Source: Eledone cirrhosa
Lineage: Eukaryota
Reading direction: 5' to 3'
Length of the DNA: 64,000 nt
NCBI GenBank assembly: GCA_964016885.1
Contig: OZ024740.1
Coordinates: 25,544,001-25,608,000 of the forward strand
The notes below the pieces were generated by a model. It was not told the origin of the DNA, made no database searches, and saw nothing but the letters and a program-made list of their open reading frames with translations. Positions 1 to 15,075 of this stretch are shown piece by piece. Position 1 is the first letter of the stretch, and every line of letters begins with the position of its first letter. The position numbers and the translations under genes were made by a program.

Positions 1-3000
1 AGTTACTTCTATTGTAGTTGTAGTTACTTCTATTGTAGTTGTAGTTACTTCTATTGTAGTTGTAGTTACTTCTATTGTAGTTGTAGTTACTTCTATTGTA
101 GTTGTAGTTACTTCTATTGTAGTTGTAGTTATTTCTATTGTAGTTGTAGTTACTTCTATTGTAGTTGTAGTTACTTCTATTGTAGTTGTAGTTACTTCTA
201 TTGTAGTTGTAGTTACTTCTATTGTAGTTGTAGTTACTTCTCTTGTAGTTGTAGTTACTTCTATTGTACTTGTAGATACTTCTATTGTAGTTGTAGATAT
301 TTCTGTTGTAGTTACTTCTATTGTAGGTGTAGTTACTTCAATTGTAGTTGTAGTTACTTCTATTGTAGTTGTAGTTACTTCTATTGTAGTTGTAGTTACT
401 TCTATTGTAGTTGTAGATACTTCTATTGTAGTTGTAGTTACTCCTATTGTAGTTGTAGATACTTCTATTGTAGTTGTAGGTACTTCTATTGTAGTTGTAG
501 TTACTTCTATTGTAGTTGTAGTTACTTTATTGTAGTTGTAGTTACTTGTATTGTAGTTGTAGTTACTTCTATTGTAGTTGTAGTTACTACTATTGTAGTT
601 GTAGTTACTTCTATTGTAGTTGTAGTTTGTTCTATTGTAGTTGTAGTTACTTCTATCGTAGGTGTAGTTACTTCTATTGTAGTTGTAGTTACTTCTATTG
701 TAGTTATAGATACTTCTGTTGTAGATACATCTATGGTAGTTGTAGGTACTTCTATTGTAGTTGTAGTTACTTCTATTGTAGTTGTAGTTACTTCTATTGT
801 AGTTGTATTTACTTTATTGTAGTTGTAGTTACTTCTATTGTAGTTGTAGTTACTTCTATTGTAGTTGTAGATACTTCTATTGTAGTTGTAGTTACTTTAT
901 TGTAGTTGTAGTTACTTCTATTGTAGTTGTAGATACATCTATTGTAGTTTTAGTTACTTCTATTGTAGTTGTAGTTACTTCTATTGTAGTTGTAGTTACT
1001 TTATTGTAGTTGTAGTTACTTCTATTGTAGTTGTAGATACTTCTATTGTAGATGTAGATACTTCTATTGTAGTTGTAGTTACTTCTATTGTAGTTGTAGT
1101 TACTTCTATTGTAGTTGTAGTTACTTCTATTGTAGTTGTAGTTACTTCTATTGTAGTTGTAGTTACTTCTATTGTAGTTGTAGTTACTTCTATTGTAGTT
1201 GTAGTTACTTCTATTGTAGTTGTAGTTACTTTATTGTAGTTGTAGTTACTTCTATTGTAGTTGTAGTTACTTCTATTGTAGTTGTAGATACTTCTATTGT
1301 AGTTGTAGTTACTTTATTGTAGTTGTAGTTACTTCTATTGTAGTTGTAGATACATCTATTGTAGTTTTAGTTACTTCTATTGTAGTTGTAGTTACTTCTA
1401 TTGTAGTTGTAGTTACTTTATTGTAGTTGTAGTTACTTCTATTGTAGTTGTAGATACTTCTATTGTAGATGTAGATACTTCTATTGTAGTTGTAGTTAAT
1501 TCTATTGTAGTTGTAGTTACTTCTATTGTAGTTGTAGTTACTTCTATTGTAGTTGTAGTTACTTCTATTGTGGTTGTAGTTACTTCTATTGTAGTTGTAG
1601 TTACTTCTATTGTAGTTGTAGTTACTTCTATTGTAGTTGTAGTTACTTCTATTGTAGTTGTAGTTACTTTATTGTAGTTGTAGTTACTTCTATTGTAGTT
1701 GTAGATACTTCTATTGTAGTTGTAGGTACTTCTATTGTAGTTGTAGTTACTTCTATTGTAGTTGTAGTTACTTCTATTGTAGTTGTAGTTACTTCTATTG
1801 TAGTTGTAGTTACTTTATTGTAGTTGTAGTTACTTGTATTGTAGCTGTAGTTACTTCTATTGTAGTTGTAGTTATTTCTATTGTAGTTGTAGTTACTTCT
1901 ATTGTAGTTGTAGTTACTTCTATTGTAGTTGTAGTTACTTCTATTGTAGTTGTAGTTATTTCTATTGTAGTTGTAGTTACTTCTATTGTAGTTGTAGTTA
2001 CTTCTATTGTAGTTGTTGTTACTTCTATTGTAGTTGTAGTTATTTCTATTGTAGTTGTAGTTACTTCTATTGTAGTTGTAGTTACTTCTATTGTAGTTGT
2101 AGTTACTTCTATTGTAGTTGTAGTTACTTCTATTGTAGTTGTAGTTACTTCTATTGTAGTTGTAGTTATTTCTATTGTAGTTGTAGTTACTTCTATTGTA
2201 GTTGTAGTTACTTCTATTGTAGTTGTAGTTACTTCTATTGTAGTTGTAGTTACTTCTATTGTAGTTGTAGTTACTTCTATTGTAGTTGTAGTTACTTCTA
2301 TTGTAGTTGTAGTTACTTCTATTGTAGTTGTAGTTACTTCTATTGTAGTTGTAGTTATTTCTATTGTAGTTGTACTTACTTCTATTGTAGTTGTAGTTAC
2401 TTCTATTGTAGTTGTAGTTACTTCTATTGTAGTTGTAGTTACTTCTATTGTAGTTGTAGTTACTTCTCTTGTAGTTGTAGTTACTTCTATTGTACTTGTA
2501 GATACTTCTATTGTAGTTGTAGATATTTCTGTTGTAGTTACTTCTATTGTAGGTGTAGTTACTTCAATTGTAGTTGTAGTTACTTCTATTGTAGTTGTAG
2601 TTACTTCTATTGTAGTTGTAGTTACTTCTATTGTAGTTGTAGATACTTCTATTGTAGTTGTAGTTACTCCTATTGTAGTTGTAGATACTTCTATTGTAGT
2701 TGTAGATACTTCTATTGTAGTTGTAGTTACTTCTATTGTAGTTGTAGTTACTTCTATTGTAGTTGTAGTTACTTATATTGTAGTTGTAGTTACTTCTATT
2801 GTAGCTGTAGTTACTTCTATTGTAGTTGTAGTTATTTCTATTGTAGTTGTAGTTACTTTATTGTAGTTGTAGTTACTTCTCTTGTAGTTGTAGTTACTTC
2901 TATTGTAGTTGTAGTTACTTCTCTTTTAGTTGTAGATACTTCTGTTGTAGATACATCTATTGTAGTTGTAGGTACTTCTATTGTAGTTGTAGTTACTTCT

Positions 3001-6000
3001 ATTGTAGTTGTAGTTACTTCTATTGTAGTTGTAGTTACTTCTATTGTAGCTGTAGTTACTTCTATTGTAGTTGTAGGTACTTCTATTGTAGTTGTGGTTA
3101 CTTCTATTGTAGTTGTAGTTACTTTATTGTAGTTGTAGTTACTTGTATTGTAGTTGTAGTTACTTCTATTGTAGTTGTAGTTACTACTATTGTAGTTGTA
3201 GTTACTTCTATTGTAGTTGTAGTTTGTTCTATTGTAGTTGTAGTTACTTCTATCGTAGGTGTAGTTACTTCTATTGTAGTTGTAGTTACTTCTATTGTAG
3301 TTGTAGATACTTCTGTTGTAGATACATCTATGGTAGTTGTAGGTACTTCTATTGTAGTTGTAGTTACTTCTATTGTAGTTGTAGTTACTTCTATTGTAGT
3401 TGTATTTACTTTATTGTAGTTGTAGTTACTTCTATTGTAGTTGTAGTTACTTCTATTGTAGTTGTAGATACTTCTATTGTAGTTGTAGTTACTTTATTGT
3501 AGTTGTAGTTACTTCTATTGTAGTTGTAGATACATCTATTGTAGTTTTAGTTACTTCTATTGTAGTTGTAGTTACTTCTATTGTAGTTGTAGTTACTTTA
3601 TTGTAGTTGTAGTTACTTCTATTGTAGTTGTAGATACTTCTATTGTAGATGTAGATACTTCTATTGTAGTTGTAGTTACTTCTATTGTAGTTGTAGTTAC
3701 TTCTATTGTAGTTGTAGTTACTTCTATTGTAGTTGTAGTTACTTCTATTGTAGTTGTAGTTACTTCTATTGTAGTTGTAGTTACTTCTATTGTAGTTGTA
3801 GTTACTTCTATTGTAGTTGTAGTTACTTTATTGTAGTTGTAGTTACTTCTATTGTAGTTGTAGTTACTTCTATTGTAGTTGTAGATACTTCTATTGTAGT
3901 TGTAGTTACTTTATTGTAGTTGTAGTTACTTCTATTGTAGTTGTAGATACATATATTGTAGTTTTAGTTACTTCTATTGTAGTTGTAGTTACTTCTATTG
4001 TAGTTGTAGTTACTTTATTGTAGTTGTAGTTACTTCTATTGTAGTTGTAGATACTTCTATTGTAGATGTAGATACTTCTATTGTAGTTGTAGTTACTTCT
4101 ATTGTAGTTGTAGTTACTTCTATTGTAGTTGTAGTTACTTCTATTGTAGTTGTAGTTACTTCTATTGTAGTTGTAGTTACTTCTATTGTAGTTGTAGTTA
4201 CTTCTATTGTAGTTGTAGTTACTTCTATTGTAGTTGTAGTTACTTCTATTGTAGTTGTAGTTACTTTATTGTAGTTGTAGTTACTTCTATTGTAGTTGTA
4301 GATACTTCTATTGTAGTTGTAGGTACTTCTATTGTAGTTGTAGTTACTTCTATTGTAGTTGTAGTTACTTCTATTGTAGTTGTAGTTACTTCTATTGTAG
4401 TTGTAGTTACTTTATTGTAGTTGTAGTTACTTGTATTGTAGTTGTAGTTACTTCTATTGTAGTTGTAGTTACTTCTATTGTAGTTGTAGATACTTCTATT
4501 GTAGTTGTAGATACTTCTATTGTAGTTGTAGATACTTCTATTGTAGATGTAGATACTTCTATTGTAGTTGTAGTTACTTCTATTGTATTTGTAGTTACTT
4601 CTATTGAATTTGTAGTTACTTTTATTGTAGTTGTAGTTACTTCTATTGTAGTTGTAGTTATTTCTATTGTAGTTGTAGTTACTTCTATTGTAGTTGTAGT
4701 TACTTCTATTGTAGTTGTAGTTACTTCTATTGTAGTTGTAGTTATTTCTATTGTAGTTGTAGTTACTTCTATTGTAGTTGTAGTTACTTCTATTGTAGTT
4801 GTTGTTACTTCTATTGTAGTTGTAGTTATTTCTATTGTAGTTGTAGTTACTTCTATTGTAGTTGTAGTTACTTCTATTGTAGTTGTAGTTACTTCTATTG
4901 TAGTTGTAGTTACTTCTATTGTAGTTGTAGTTACTTCTATTGTAGTTGTAGTTATTTCTATTGTAGTTGTAGTTACTTCTATTGTAGTTGTAGTTACTTC
5001 TATTGTAGTTGTAGTTACTTCTATTGTAGTTGTAGTTACTTCTATTGTAGTTGTAGTTACTTCTATTGTAGTTGTAGTTACTTCTATTGTAGTTGTAGTT
5101 ACTTCTATTGTAGTTGTAGTTACTTCTATTGTAGTTGTAGTTATTTCTATTGTAGTTGTAGTTACTTCTATTGTAGTTGTAGTTACTTCTATTGTAGTTG
5201 TAGTTACTTCTATTGTAGTTGTAGTTACTTCTATTGTAGTTGTAGTTACTTCTCTTGTAGTTGTAGTTACTTCTATTGTACTTGTAGATACTTCTATTGT
5301 AGTTGTAGATATTTCTGTTGTAGTTACTTCTATTGTAGGTGTAGTTACTTCAATTGTAGTTGTAGTTACTTCTATTGTAGTTGTAGTTACTTCTATTGTA
5401 GTTGTAGTTACTTCTATTGTAGTTGTAGATACTTCTATTGTAGTTGTAGTTACTCCTATTGTAGTTGTAGATACTTCTATTGTAGTTGTAGGTACTTCTA
5501 TTGTAGTTGTAGTTACTTCTATTGTAGTTGTAGTTACTTTATTGTAGTTGTAGTTACTTGTATTGTAGTTGTAGTTACTTCTATTGTAGTTGTAGTTACT
5601 ACTATTGTAGTTGTAGTTACTTCTATTGTAGTTGTAGTTTGTTCTATTGTAGTTGTAGTTACTTCTATCGTAGGTGTAGTTACTTCTATTGTAGTTGTAG
5701 TTACTTCTATTGTAGTTATAGATACTTCTGTTGTAGATACATCTATGGTAGTTGTAGGTACTTCTATTGTAGTTGTAGTTACTTCTATTGTAGTTGTAGT
5801 TACTTCTATTGTAGTTGTATTTACTTTATTGTAGTTGTAGTTACTTCTATTGTAGTTGTAGTTACTTCTATTGTAGTTGTAGATACTTCTATTGTAGTTG
5901 TAGTTACTTTATTGTAGTTGTAGTTACTTCTATTGTAGTTGTAGATACATCTATTGTAGTTTTAGTTACTTCTATTGTAGTTGTAGTTACTTCTATTGTA

Positions 6001-8575
6001 GTTGTAGTTACTTTATTGTAGTTGTAGTTACTTCTATTGTAGTTGTAGATACTTCTATTGTAGATGTAGATACTTCTATTGTAGTTGTAGTTACTTCTAT
6101 TGTAGTTGTAGTTACTTCTATTGTAGTTGTAGTTACTTCTATTGTAGTTGTAGTTACTTCTATTGTAGTTGTAGTTACTTCTATTGTAGTTGTAGTTACT
6201 TCTATTGTAGTTGTAGTTACTTCTATTGTAGTTGTAGTTACTTTATTGTAGTTGTAGTTACTTCTATTGTAGTTGTAGTTACTTCTATTGTAGTTGTAGA
6301 TACTTCTATTGTAGTTGTAGTTACTTTATTGTAGTTGTAGTTACTTCTATTGTAGTTGTAGATACATCTATTGTAGTTTTAGTTACTTCTATTGTAGTTG
6401 TAGTTACTTCTATTGTAGTTGTAGTTACTTTATTGTAGTTGTAGTTACTTCTATTGTAGTTGTAGATACTTCTATTGTAGATGTAGATACTTCTATTGTA
6501 GTTGTAGTTAATTCTATTGTAGTTGTAGTTACTTCTATTGTAGTTGTAGTTACTTCTATTGTAGTTGTAGTTACTTCTATTGTAGTTGTAGTTACTTCTA
6601 TTGTAGTTGTAGTTACTTCTATTGTAGTTGTAGTTACTTCTATTGTAGTTGTAGTTATTTCTATTGTAGTTGTAGTTACTTCTATTGTAGTTGTAGTTAC
6701 TTCTATTGTAGTTGTAGTTACTTCTATTGTAGTTGTAGTTACTTCTATTGTAGTTGTAGTTACTTCTATTGTAGTTGTAGTTACTTCTATTGTAGTTGTA
6801 GTTACTTCTATTGTAGTTGTAGTTACTTCTATTGTAGTTGTAGTTATTTCTATTGTAGTTGTAGTTACTTCTATTGTAGTTGTAGTTACTTCTATTGTAG
6901 TTGTAGTTACTTCTATTGTAGTTGTAGTTACTTCTATTGTAGTTGTAGTTACTTCTCTTGTAGTTGTAGTTACTTCTATTGTACTTGTAGATACTTCTAT
7001 TGTAGTTGTAGATATTTCTGTTGTAGTTACTTCTATTGTAGGTGTAGTTACTTCAATTGTAGTTGTAGTTACTTCTATTGTAGTTGTAGTTACTTCTATT
7101 GTAGTTGTAGTTACTTCTATTGTAGTTGTAGATACTTCTATTGTAGTTGTAGTTACTCCTATTGTAGTTGTAGATACTTCTATTGTAGTTGTAGGTACTT
7201 CTATTGTAGTTGTAGTTACTTCTATTGTAGTTGTAGTTACTTTATTGTAGTTGTAGTTACTTGTATTGTAGTTGTAGTTACTTCTATTGTAGTTGTAGTT
7301 ACTACTATTGTAGTTGTAGTTACTTCTATTGTAGTTGTAGTTTGTTCTATTGTAGTTGTAGTTACTTCTATCGTAGGTGTAGTTACTTCTATTGTAGTTG
7401 TAGTTACTTCTATTGTAGTTATAGATACTTCTGTTGTAGATACATCTATGGTAGTTGTAGGTACTTCTATTGTAGTTGTAGTTACTTCTATTGTAGTTGT
7501 AGTTACTTCTATTGTAGTTGTATTTACTTTATTGTAGTTGTAGTTACTTCTATTGTAGTTGTAGTTACTTCTATTGTAGTTGTAGATACTTCTATTGTAG
7601 TTGTAGTTACTTTATTGTAGTTGTAGTTACTTCTATTGTAGTTGTAGATACATCTATTGTAGTTTTAGTTACTTCTATTGTAGTTGTAGTTACTTCTATT
7701 GTAGTTGTAGTTACTTTATTGTAGTTGTAGTTACTTCTATTGTAGTTGTAGATACTTCTATTGTAGATGTAGATACTTCTATTGTAGTTGTAGTTACTTC
7801 TATTGTAGTTGTAGTTACTTCTATTGTAGTTGTAGTTACTTCTATTGTAGTTGTAGTTACTTCTATTGTAGTTGTAGTTACTTCTATTGTAGTTGTAGTT
7901 ACTTCTATTGTAGTTGTAGTTACTTCTATTGTAGTTGTAGTTACTTTATTGTAGTTGTAGTTACTTCTATTGTAGTTGTAGTTACTTCTATTGTAGTTGT
8001 AGATACTTCTATTGTAGTTGTAGTTACTTTATTGTAGTTGTAGTTACTTCTATTGTAGTTGTAGATACATCTATTGTAGTTTTAGTTACTTCTATTGTAG
8101 TTGTAGTTACTTCTATTGTAGTTGTAGTTACTTTATTGTAGTTGTAGTTACTTCTATTGTAGTTGTAGATACTTCTATTGTAGATGTAGATACTTCTATT
8201 GTAGTTGTAGTTAATTCTATTGTAGTTGTAGTTACTTCTATTGTAGTTGTAGTTACTTCTATTGTAGTTGTAGTTACTTCTATTGTGGTTGTAGTTACTT
8301 CTATTGTAGTTGTAGTTACTTCTATTGTAGTTGTAGTTACTTCTATTGTAGTTGTAGTTACTTCTATTGTAGTTGTAGTTACTTTATTGTAGTTGTAGTT
8401 ACTTCTATTGTAGTTGTAGATACTTCTATTGTAGTTGTAGGTACTTCTATTGTAGTTGTAGTTACTTCTATTGTAGTTGTAGTTACTTCTATTGTAGTTG
8501 TAGTTACTTCTATTGTAGTTGTAGTTACTTTATTGTAGTTGTAGTTACTTGTATTGTAGCTGTAGTTACTTCTAT
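1..8575. repeat. Domain A: four related higher-order blocks (offsets 2597, 2415, 1703); 1-~1860 is near-identical to ~6716-8575
   Basis: Matching ORFs start at 546, 3143, 5558 and 7261. CTATGGTAG occurs near 731, 3328, 5743 and 7446. The rare TGTGGTT variant is at 1572 and 8287 (offset 6715). Confidence 0.85.
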
Positions 8576-9519
8576 TGTAGTTGTAGTTACTTCTATTGTA
8601 GTTGTAGATACTTCTATTGTAGTTGTAGATACTTCTATTGTAGTTGTAGATACTTCTATTGTAGATGTAGATACTTCTATTGTAGTTGTAGTTACTTCTA
8701 TTGTAGTTGTAGTTACTTCTATTGAATTTGTAGTTACTTTTATTGTAGTTGTAGTTACTTCTATTGTAGTTGTAGTTATTTCTATTGTAGTTGTAGTTAC
8801 TTCTATTGTAGTTGTAGTTACTTCTATTGTAGTTGTAGTTACTTCTATTGTAGTTGTAGTTATTTCTATTGTAGTTGTAGTTACTTCTATTGTAGTTGTA
8901 GTTACTTCTATTGTAGTTGTTGTTACTTCTATTGTAGTTGTAGTTATTTCTATTGTAGTTGTAGTTACTTCTATTGTAGTTGTAGTTACTTCTATTGTAG
9001 TTGTAGTTACTTCTATTGTAGTTGTAGTTACTTCTATTGTAGTTGTAGTTACTTCTATTGTAGTTGTAGTTATTTCTATTGTAGTTGTAGTTACTTCTAT
9101 TGTAGTTGTAGTTACTTCTATTGTAGTTGTAGTTACTTCTATTGTAGTTGTAGTTACTTCTATTGTAGTTGTAGTTACTTCTGTTGTAGTTGTAGTTACT
9201 TCTATTGTAGTTGTAGTTACTTCTATTGTAGTTGTAGTTACTTCTATTGTAGTTGTAGTTATTTCTATTGTAGTTGTAGTTACTTCTATTGTAGTTGTAG
9301 TTACTTCTATTGTAGTTGTAGTTACTTCTATTGTAGTTGTAGTTACTTCTATTGTAGTTGTAGTTACTTCTCTTGTAGTTGTAGTTACTTCTATTGTACT
9401 TGTAGATACTTCTATTGTAGTTGTAGATATTTCTGTTGTAGTTACTTCTATTGTAGGTGTAGTTACTTCAATTGTAGTTGTAGTTACTTCTATTGTAGTT
9501 GTAGTTACTTCTATTGTAG

Positions 9520-12500
9520 TTGTAGTTACTTCTATTGTAGTTGTAGATACTTCTATTGTAGTTGTAGTTACTCCTATTGTAGTTGTAGATACTTCTATTG
9601 TAGTTGTAGATACTTCTATTGTAGTTGTAGTTACTTCTATTGTAGTTGTAGTTACTTATATTGTAGTTGTAGTTACTCTATTGTAGTTGTAGTTACTTCT
9701 ATTGTAGTTGTAGTTACTTTATTGTAGTTGTAGTTACTTCTCTTTTAGTTGTAGATACTTCTGTTGTAGATACATCTATTGTAGTTGTAGGTACTTCTAT
9801 TGTAGTTGTAGTTACTTCTATTGTAGTTGTAGTTACTTATATTGTAGTTGTAGTTACTTCTATTGTAGCTGTAGTTACTTCTATTGTAGTTGTAGTTATT
9901 TCTATTGTAGTTGTAGTTACTTTATTGTAGTTGTAGTTACTTCTCTTGTAGTTGTAGTTACTTCTATTGTAGTTGTAGTTACTTCTCTTTTAGTTGTAGA
10001 TACTTCTGTTGTAGATACATCTATTGTAGTTGTAGGTACTTCTATTGTAGTTGTAGATACATCTATTGTAGTTTTAGTTACTTCTATTGTAGTTGTAGTT
10101 ACTTCTATTGTAGTTGTAGTTACTTTATTGTAGTTGTAGTTACTTCTATTGTAGTTGTAGATACTTCTATTGTAGATGTAGATACTTCTATTGTAGTTGT
10201 AGTTACTTCTATTGTAGTTGTAGTTACTTCTATTGTAGTTGTAGTTACTTCTATTGTAGTTGTAGTTACTTCTATTGTAGTTGTAGTTACTTCTATTGTA
10301 GTTGTAGTTACTTCTATTGTAGTTGTAGTTACTTTATTGTAGTTGTAGTTACTTCTATTGTAGTTGTAGTTACTTCTATTGTAGTTGTAGATACTTCTAT
10401 TGTAGTTGTAGTTACTTTATTGTAGTTGTAGTTACTTCTATTGTAGTTGTAGATACATCTATTGTAGTTTTAGTTACTTCTATTGTAGTTGTAGTTACTT
10501 CTATTGTAGTTGTAGTTACTTTATTGTAGTTGTAGTTACTTCTATTGTAGTTGTAGATACTACTATTGTAGATGTAGATACTTCTATTGTAGTTGTAGTT
10601 ACTTCTATTGTAGTTGTAGTTACTTCTATTGTAGTTGTAGTTACTTCTATTGTAGTTGTAGTTACTTCTATTGTAGTTGTAGTTACTTCTATTGTAGTTG
10701 TAGTTACTTCTATTGTAGTTGTAGTTACTTCTATTGTAGTTGTAGTTACTTCTATTGTAGTTGTAGTTACTTCTATTGTAGTTGTAGTTACTTCTATTGT
10801 AGTTGTAGTTACTTCTATTGTAGTTGTAGTTACTTTATTGTAGTTGTAGTTACTTCTATTGTAGTTGTAGATACTTCTATTGTAGTTGTAGGTACTTCTA
10901 TTGTAGTTGTAGTTACTTCTATTGTAGTTGTAGTTACTTCTATTGTAGTTGTAGTTACTTCTATTGTAGTTGTAGTTACTTTATTGTAGTTGTAGTTACT
11001 TGTATTGTAGTTGTAGTTACTTCTATTGTAGTTGTAGTTACTTCTATTGTAGTTGTAGATACTTCTATTGTAGTTGTAGATACTTCTATTGTAGTTGTAG
11101 ATACTTCTATTGTAGATGTAGATACTTCTATTGTAGTTGTAGTTACTTCTATTGTAGTTGTAGTTACTTCTATTGAATTTGTAGTTACTTTTATTGTAGT
11201 TGTAGTTACTTCTATTGTAGTTGTAGTTATTTCTATTGTAGTTGTAGTTACTTCTATTGTAGTTGTAGTTACTTCTATTGTAGTTGTAGTTACTTCTATT
11301 GTAGTTGTAGTTATTTCTATTGTAGTTGTAGTTACTTCTATTGTAGTTGTAGTTACTTCTATTGTAGTTGTTGTTACTTCTATTGTAGTTGTAGTTATTT
11401 CTATTGTAGTTGTAGTTACTTCTATTGTAGTTGTAGTTACTTCTATTGTAGTTGTAGTTACTTCTATTGTAGTTGTAGTTACTTCTATTGTAGTTGTAGT
11501 TACTTCTATTGTAGTTGTAGTTATTTCTATTGTAGTTGTAGTTACTTCTATTGTAGTTGTAGTTACTTCTATTGTAGTTGTAGTTACTTCTATTGTAGTT
11601 GTAGTTACTTCTATTGTAGTTGTAGTTACTTCTATTGTAGTTGTAGTTACTTCTATTGTAGTTGTAGTTACTTCTATTGTAGTTGTAGTTACTTCTATTG
11701 TAGTTGTAGTTATTTCTATTGTAGTTGTAGTTACTTCTATTGTAGTTGTAGTTACTTCTATTGTAGTTGTAGTTACTTCTATTGTAGTTGTAGTTACTTC
11801 TATTGTAGTTGTAGTTACTTCTCTTGTAGTTGTAGTTACTTCTATTGTACTTGTAGATACTTCTATTGTAGTTGTAGATATTTCTGTTGTAGTTACTTCT
11901 ATTGTAGGTGTAGTTACTTCAATTGTAGTTGTAGTTACTTCTATTGTAGTTGTAGTTACTTCTTTTGTAGTTGTAGATACTTCTATTGTAGTTGTAGTTA
12001 CTCCTATTGTAGTTGTAGATACTTCTATTGTAGTTGTAGATACTTCTATTGTAGTTGTAGTTACTTCTATTGTAGTTGTAGTTACTTATATTGTAGTTGT
12101 AGTTACTCTATTGTAGTTGTAGTTACTTCTATTGTAGTTGTAGTTACTTTATTGTAGTTGTAGTTACTTCTCTTTTAGTTGTAGATACTTCTGTTGTAGA
12201 TACATCTATTGTAGTTGTAGGTACTTCTATTGTAGTTGTAGTTACTTCTATTGTAGTTGTAGTTACTTATATTGTAGTTGTAGTTACTTCTATTGTAGTT
12301 GTAGTTACTTCTATTGTAGTTGTAGATACTTCTATTGTAGTTGTAGTTACTCCTATTGTAGTTGTAGATACTTCTATTGTAGTTGTAGATACTTCTATTG
12401 TAGTTGTAGTTACTTCTATTGTAGTTGTAGTTACTTATATTGTAGTTGTAGTTACTCTATTGTAGTTGTAGTTACTTCTATTGTAGTTGTAGTTACTTTA

Positions 12501-15075
12501 TTGTAGTTGTAGTTACTTCTCTTTTAGTTGTAGATACTTCTGTTGTAGATACATCTATTGTAGTTGTAGGTACTTCTATTGTAGTTGTAGTTACTTCTAT
12601 TGTAGTTGTAGTTACTTATATTGTAGTTGTAGTTACTTCTATTGTAGCTGTAGTTACTTCTATTGTAGTTGTAGTTATTTCTATTGTAGTTGTAGTTACT
12701 TTATTGTAGTTGTAGTTACTTCTCTTGTAGTTGTAGTTACTTCTATTGTAGTTGTAGTTACTTCTCTTTTAGTTGTAGATACTTCTGTTGTAGATACATC
12801 TATTGTAGTTGTAGGTACTTCTATTGTAGTTGTAGATACATCTATTGTAGTTTTAGTTACTTCTATTGTAGTTGTAGTTACTTCTATTGTAGTTGTAGTT
12901 ACTTTATTGTAGTTGTAGTTACTTCTATTGTAGTTGTAGATACTTCTATTGTAGATGTAGATACTTCTATTGTAGTTGTAGTTACTTCTATTGTAGTTGT
13001 AGTTACTTCTATTGTAGTTGTAGTTACTTCTATTGTAGTTGTAGTTACTTCTATTGTAGTTGTAGTTACTTCTATTGTAGTTGTAGTTACTTCTATTGTA
13101 GTTGTAGTTACTTTATTGTAGTTGTAGTTACTTCTATTGTAGTTGTAGTTACTTCTATTGTAGTTGTAGATACTTCTATTGTAGTTGTAGTTACTTTATT
13201 GTAGTTGTAGTTACTTCTATTGTAGTTGTAGATACATCTATTGTAGTTTTAGTTACTTCTATTGTAGTTGTAGTTACTTCTATTGTAGTTGTAGTTACTT
13301 TATTGTAGTTGTAGTTACTTCTATTGTAGTTGTAGATACTACTATTGTAGATGTAGATACTTCTATTGTAGTTGTAGTTACTTCTATTGTAGTTGTAGTT
13401 ACTTCTATTGTAGTTGTAGTTACTTCTATTGTAGTTGTAGTTACTTCTATTGTAGTTGTAGTTACTTCTATTGTAGTTGTAGTTACTTCTATTGTAGTTG
13501 TAGTTACTTCTATTGTAGTTGTAGTTACTTCTATTGTAGTTGTAGTTACTTCTATTGTAGTTGTAGTTACTTCTATTGTAGTTGTAGTTACTTCTATTGT
13601 AGTTGTAGTTACTTTATTGTAGTTGTAGTTACTTCTATTGTAGTTGTAGATACTTCTATTGTAGTTGTAGGTACTTCTATTGTAGTTGTAGTTACTTCTA
13701 TTGTAGTTGTAGTTACTTCTATTGTAGTTGTAGTTACTTCTATTGTAGTTGTAGTTACTTTATTGTAGTTGTAGTTACTTGTATTGTAGTTGTAGTTACT
13801 TCTATTGTAGTTGTAGTTACTTCTATTGTAGTTGTAGATACTTCTATTGTAGTTGTAGATACTTCTATTGTAGTTGTAGATACTTCTATTGTAGATGTAG
13901 ATACTTCTATTGTAGTTGTAGTTACTTCTATTGTAGTTGTAGTTACTTCTATTGAATTTGTAGTTACTTTTATTGTAGTTGTAGTTACTTCTATTGTAGT
14001 TGTAGTTATTTCTATTGTAGTTGTAGTTACTTCTATTGTAGTTGTAGTTACTTCTATTGTAGTTGTAGTTACTTCTATTGTAGTTGTAGTTATTTCTATT
14101 GTAGTTGTAGTTACTTCTATTGTAGTTGTAGTTACTTCTATTGTAGTTGTTGTTACTTCTATTGTAGTTGTAGTTATTTCTATTGTAGTTGTAGTTACTT
14201 CTATTGTAGTTGTAGTTACTTCTATTGTAGTTGTAGTTACTTCTATTGTAGTTGTAGTTACTTCTATTGTAGTTGTAGTTACTTCTATTGTAGTTGTAGT
14301 TATTTCTATTGTAGTTGTAGTTACTTCTATTGTAGTTGTAGTTACTTCTATTGTAGTTGTAGTTACTTCTATTGTAGTTGTAGTTACTTCTATTGTAGTT
14401 GTAGTTACTTCTATTGTAGTTGTAGTTACTTCTATTGTAGTTGTAGTTACTTCTATTGTAGTTGTAGTTACTTCTATTGTAGTTGTAGTTATTTCTATTG
14501 TAGTTGTAGTTACTTCTATTGTAGTTGTAGTTACTTCTATTGTAGTTGTAGTTACTTCTATTGTAGTTGTAGTTACTTCTATTGTAGTTGTAGTTACTTC
14601 TCTTGTAGTTGTAGTTACTTCTATTGTACTTGTAGATACTTCTATTGTAGTTGTAGATATTTCTGTTGTAGTTACTTCTATTGTAGGTGTAGTTACTTCA
14701 ATTGTAGTTGTAGTTACTTCTATTGTAGTTGTAGTTACTTCTTTTGTAGTTGTAGATACTTCTATTGTAGTTGTAGTTACTCCTATTGTAGTTGTAGATA
14801 CTTCTATTGTAGTTGTAGATACTTCTATTGTAGTTGTAGTTACTTCTATTGTAGTTGTAGTTACTTATATTGTAGTTGTAGTTACTCTATTGTAGTTGTA
14901 GTTACTTCTATTGTAGTTGTAGTTACTTTATTGTAGTTGTAGTTACTTCTCTTTTAGTTGTAGATACTTCTGTTGTAGATACATCTATTGTAGTTGTAGG
15001 TACTTCTATTGTAGTTGTAGTTACTTCTATTGTAGTTGTAGTTACTTATATTGTAGTTGTAGTTACTTCTATTGT
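9520..15075. repeat. Tandem duplication of a 2779-bp block (2 copies)
   Basis: Markers at a constant offset of 2779: GATACTACTATT 10561/13340, GAATTT 11175/13954, TCTTTTGTAG 11961/14740, CTCCTATT 9571/12350. Confidence 0.9.
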